From Guillardia theta CCMP2712 (Eukaryota > Protista > Cryptophyta), in contig NW_005434638.1 in NCBI RefSeq assembly GCF_000315625.1, positions 526,121-590,120 of the forward strand: a DNA stretch of 64,000 bases, in the 5' to 3' direction. A program made the translations under genes and the position numbers. Below, in pieces: positions 62,039 through 64,000 of the stretch. Each line of letters begins with the position of its first letter. The stretch's first letter is position 1. The notes beneath the pieces are model-generated. The model saw only the letters and a program-made list of their open reading frames with translations. It did not search any database and was not told where the DNA came from.

Positions 62039-62367
62039 TAGAAGCGGAGAGCAGGTAGAGGGAAGGGGGAGGAGGACGGGAGCGAGCCCAGCAGGAGGCG
62101 GCGAAAGACAGTGGGAGGTGGGATGGGAGGCAGTCGGGGAGCTCTGCTGGAAGCGGACCAGGACAGGAAGCCGGTCAGCGGTAAGGCATGCTTCAGGTGC
62201 AGGGAGGGGAGAGGGGGAATTACAAGAGTTTGTCGGAATTTTGTTGACGGAAGGGGTCGAGTCCATGGTCAGGGGGAGTTGACGGGGAGGGGACGGAGTT
62301 GACGGGGAGGGGAGGAGCTGGAGAAAGTAGGGGGGAGGAGAAGATCACAAGGTGTCTAGATATGTCT

Positions 62368-64000
62368 TCATTCATCCCATGCATCAGCTGAGACAAAGTT
62401 CTCCTCCTCCTCACTCTCCTCCTCCTCTCCATCCTCGTTGGAGCTGCTGCATGATTCCCCAGAAGAGCTCTTCCCGTCTTTTCCCTCTCCCCCGTCATCA
62501 AGCTCCCACTCACCCAGTGCCGTCCGAGCCTCTTCCGCTTCCCTGCTCTCCTTCCATGCCTGCCCCCAACCCGGCACGACGGCTGACCTGTACTCATCCA
62601 GAAAATGGCGGTAGGAAGGGAAGAAGCGGTAATAGGACAGCACGGACTTCCATAGCTTGTTCTGCCTGTGAGTAGGAGTAAGAAGACAGAGGACGAGCAA
62701 GAAGCATCATAGTCACATCAACGCCTGCTCATCTCCTATGACGACCAGGCTCTGCCTGGCCCTTGAGATGGCCACGTTGACCCTCCTCCTGTCTGCGAGG
62801 AAGCCGACGCTGCCACCAGCAAGTGTGCGAACGCAGCTCAGGACGACGACCTCAGCCTGGGGAAGACAGGGAGCGTCATGTGCAAGGAGAGGCAGGAGTT
62901 TGGAACACTAGCATGCGAGGGAGTAGAATCACGGTGGAAGCAACATGTTTGAAACAAAAACATGCTCGTTGAAGTGAACAGACACGTTTGGAGAACAACA
63001 GAGTGCGAGAAGAGAATCATGACATCGAATCGCATCTCATCATTGTCAATCTCCACGTGGAGGGATGCATGAAAGCACTCGTCTCACCTCCCTTCCTTGC
63101 ATGGAGTCCACTGACATCACCTCCACATCCCCCAAGTTCTTCTTGAGAAGCTTCTTGCTGATGATCGATTTCTGCCCGTTGTAGAACGACAGAACAACTA
63201 CCTGAGCACTTGCTCAGCTCTTCTCACCACTGCACGTGCCTTTTCTCGTCTCGTCTTCTCTTCTTACTTCTCTTCTTATATTCTCTTCGCACTTTTTTCC
63301 TCTCCTCCCCTCCTTCCCCCCTCCTCTCCTCACCTCTCTCTGTGTGTGAACCCCAGAATTGATCATCGCCTGCACAATCTCCAAGACTGTGTCGCACGCA
63401 CAGGACAGCGGGTCAGCTACTGCAGGATCATGGCAAGAGGAAGAAACTTCACCTGCATCGGCCTCCATATCATTCATGAGTGAGGAGGAGTTCGACGGTT
63501 TGCTCTCTATCCCTGAGACGTGCACGAAGCTGGCAGGAAGAGGGTGGGAACGAGCTTGCTGCAACCCTCCTGTCATTGCTTCCCCAACCCCCTGCTTGCC
63601 TTTCTCTCTCCTCCCCTTGCCTCAACATCTTCTCTCCTCCTCTCCCTCTCCTTTCCCCATCCCCTCCCTCTCCTCTCTTCCTCCCCTCTCATTGCTCTCT
63701 GTCTCTCTATCCTCCCTCCCTATTCTCCCCCGCCCCCCCTCCCCACCACATCCTTTCTCCTCTTCTCTCTCTCTCTCCCTCTTCCCTCTCCTCATGTCCC
63801 TCTCCCCTCTCCCCTCTTCCCTCTTCCCTCTTCCCTCCTCTCCTCTCCTTCCTCTCTTCCCATCACTTCGTCCTCCCATCGTCTCACCGCAGTCTCCGAG
63901 TCAGTCTTGAGCTTGCCCCTGTAGAACTCTCGGCTCACGGCCTCCGCGATAGAGGGATGCATGCGGTACTGGACATCGAGCATGAAGCAGGGAGTACCCC
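62368..64000 (-). CDS. SF1 Upf1/DNA2/Sen1-like helicase, C-terminal exons (5' part outside window)
   Basis: MLDVQYRMHPSIA, LSFYNGQ, SVDSMQGRE, SCVRT..GFLADRRRVNVAISRAR. Confidence 0.92.

Overview
Eukaryotic nuclear DNA: gene-dense, with short (~50 nt) GT-AG and frequent GC-AG introns, microsatellite-filled introns and one 100-N gap. The style resembles a cryptophyte alga (inference). Host genes: GH89 alpha-N-acetylglucosaminidase, a PgsA-type CDP-alcohol phosphatidyltransferase, a membrane protein with fibronectin type II (FN2)-like repeats, a GH47 EDEM-like mannosidase, a MAPR cytochrome-b5-like protein next to a cytochrome P450, an ankyrin protein, a signal-peptide CULT (cereblon) domain protein and the 3' end of an SF1 (Upf1/DNA2-like) helicase. 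The standout gene (9948-14181) splices into signal peptide - CxxC-less pseudo-Erv - active Erv/ALR (CPVC) - GILT-like thioredoxin fold (CPWC) - transmembrane (TM) helix - acidic dileucine tail, a QSOX-like oxidase in reverse domain order. The region ~30.9-52.5 kb is an accessory island. It holds non-LTR retrotransposon fragments with a restriction-like endonuclease (RLE), two Crinkler-type repeat-NTPase-nuclease genes, and a MITE with a nested LINE. It also holds an ~8 kb intronless, decaying virus-like block with a solo Gag-like ORF, an apparently catalytically dead RtcB-fold gene and a Cys-rich repeat gene. Exon structures were read by eye and family calls come from motif recognition, not database searches.
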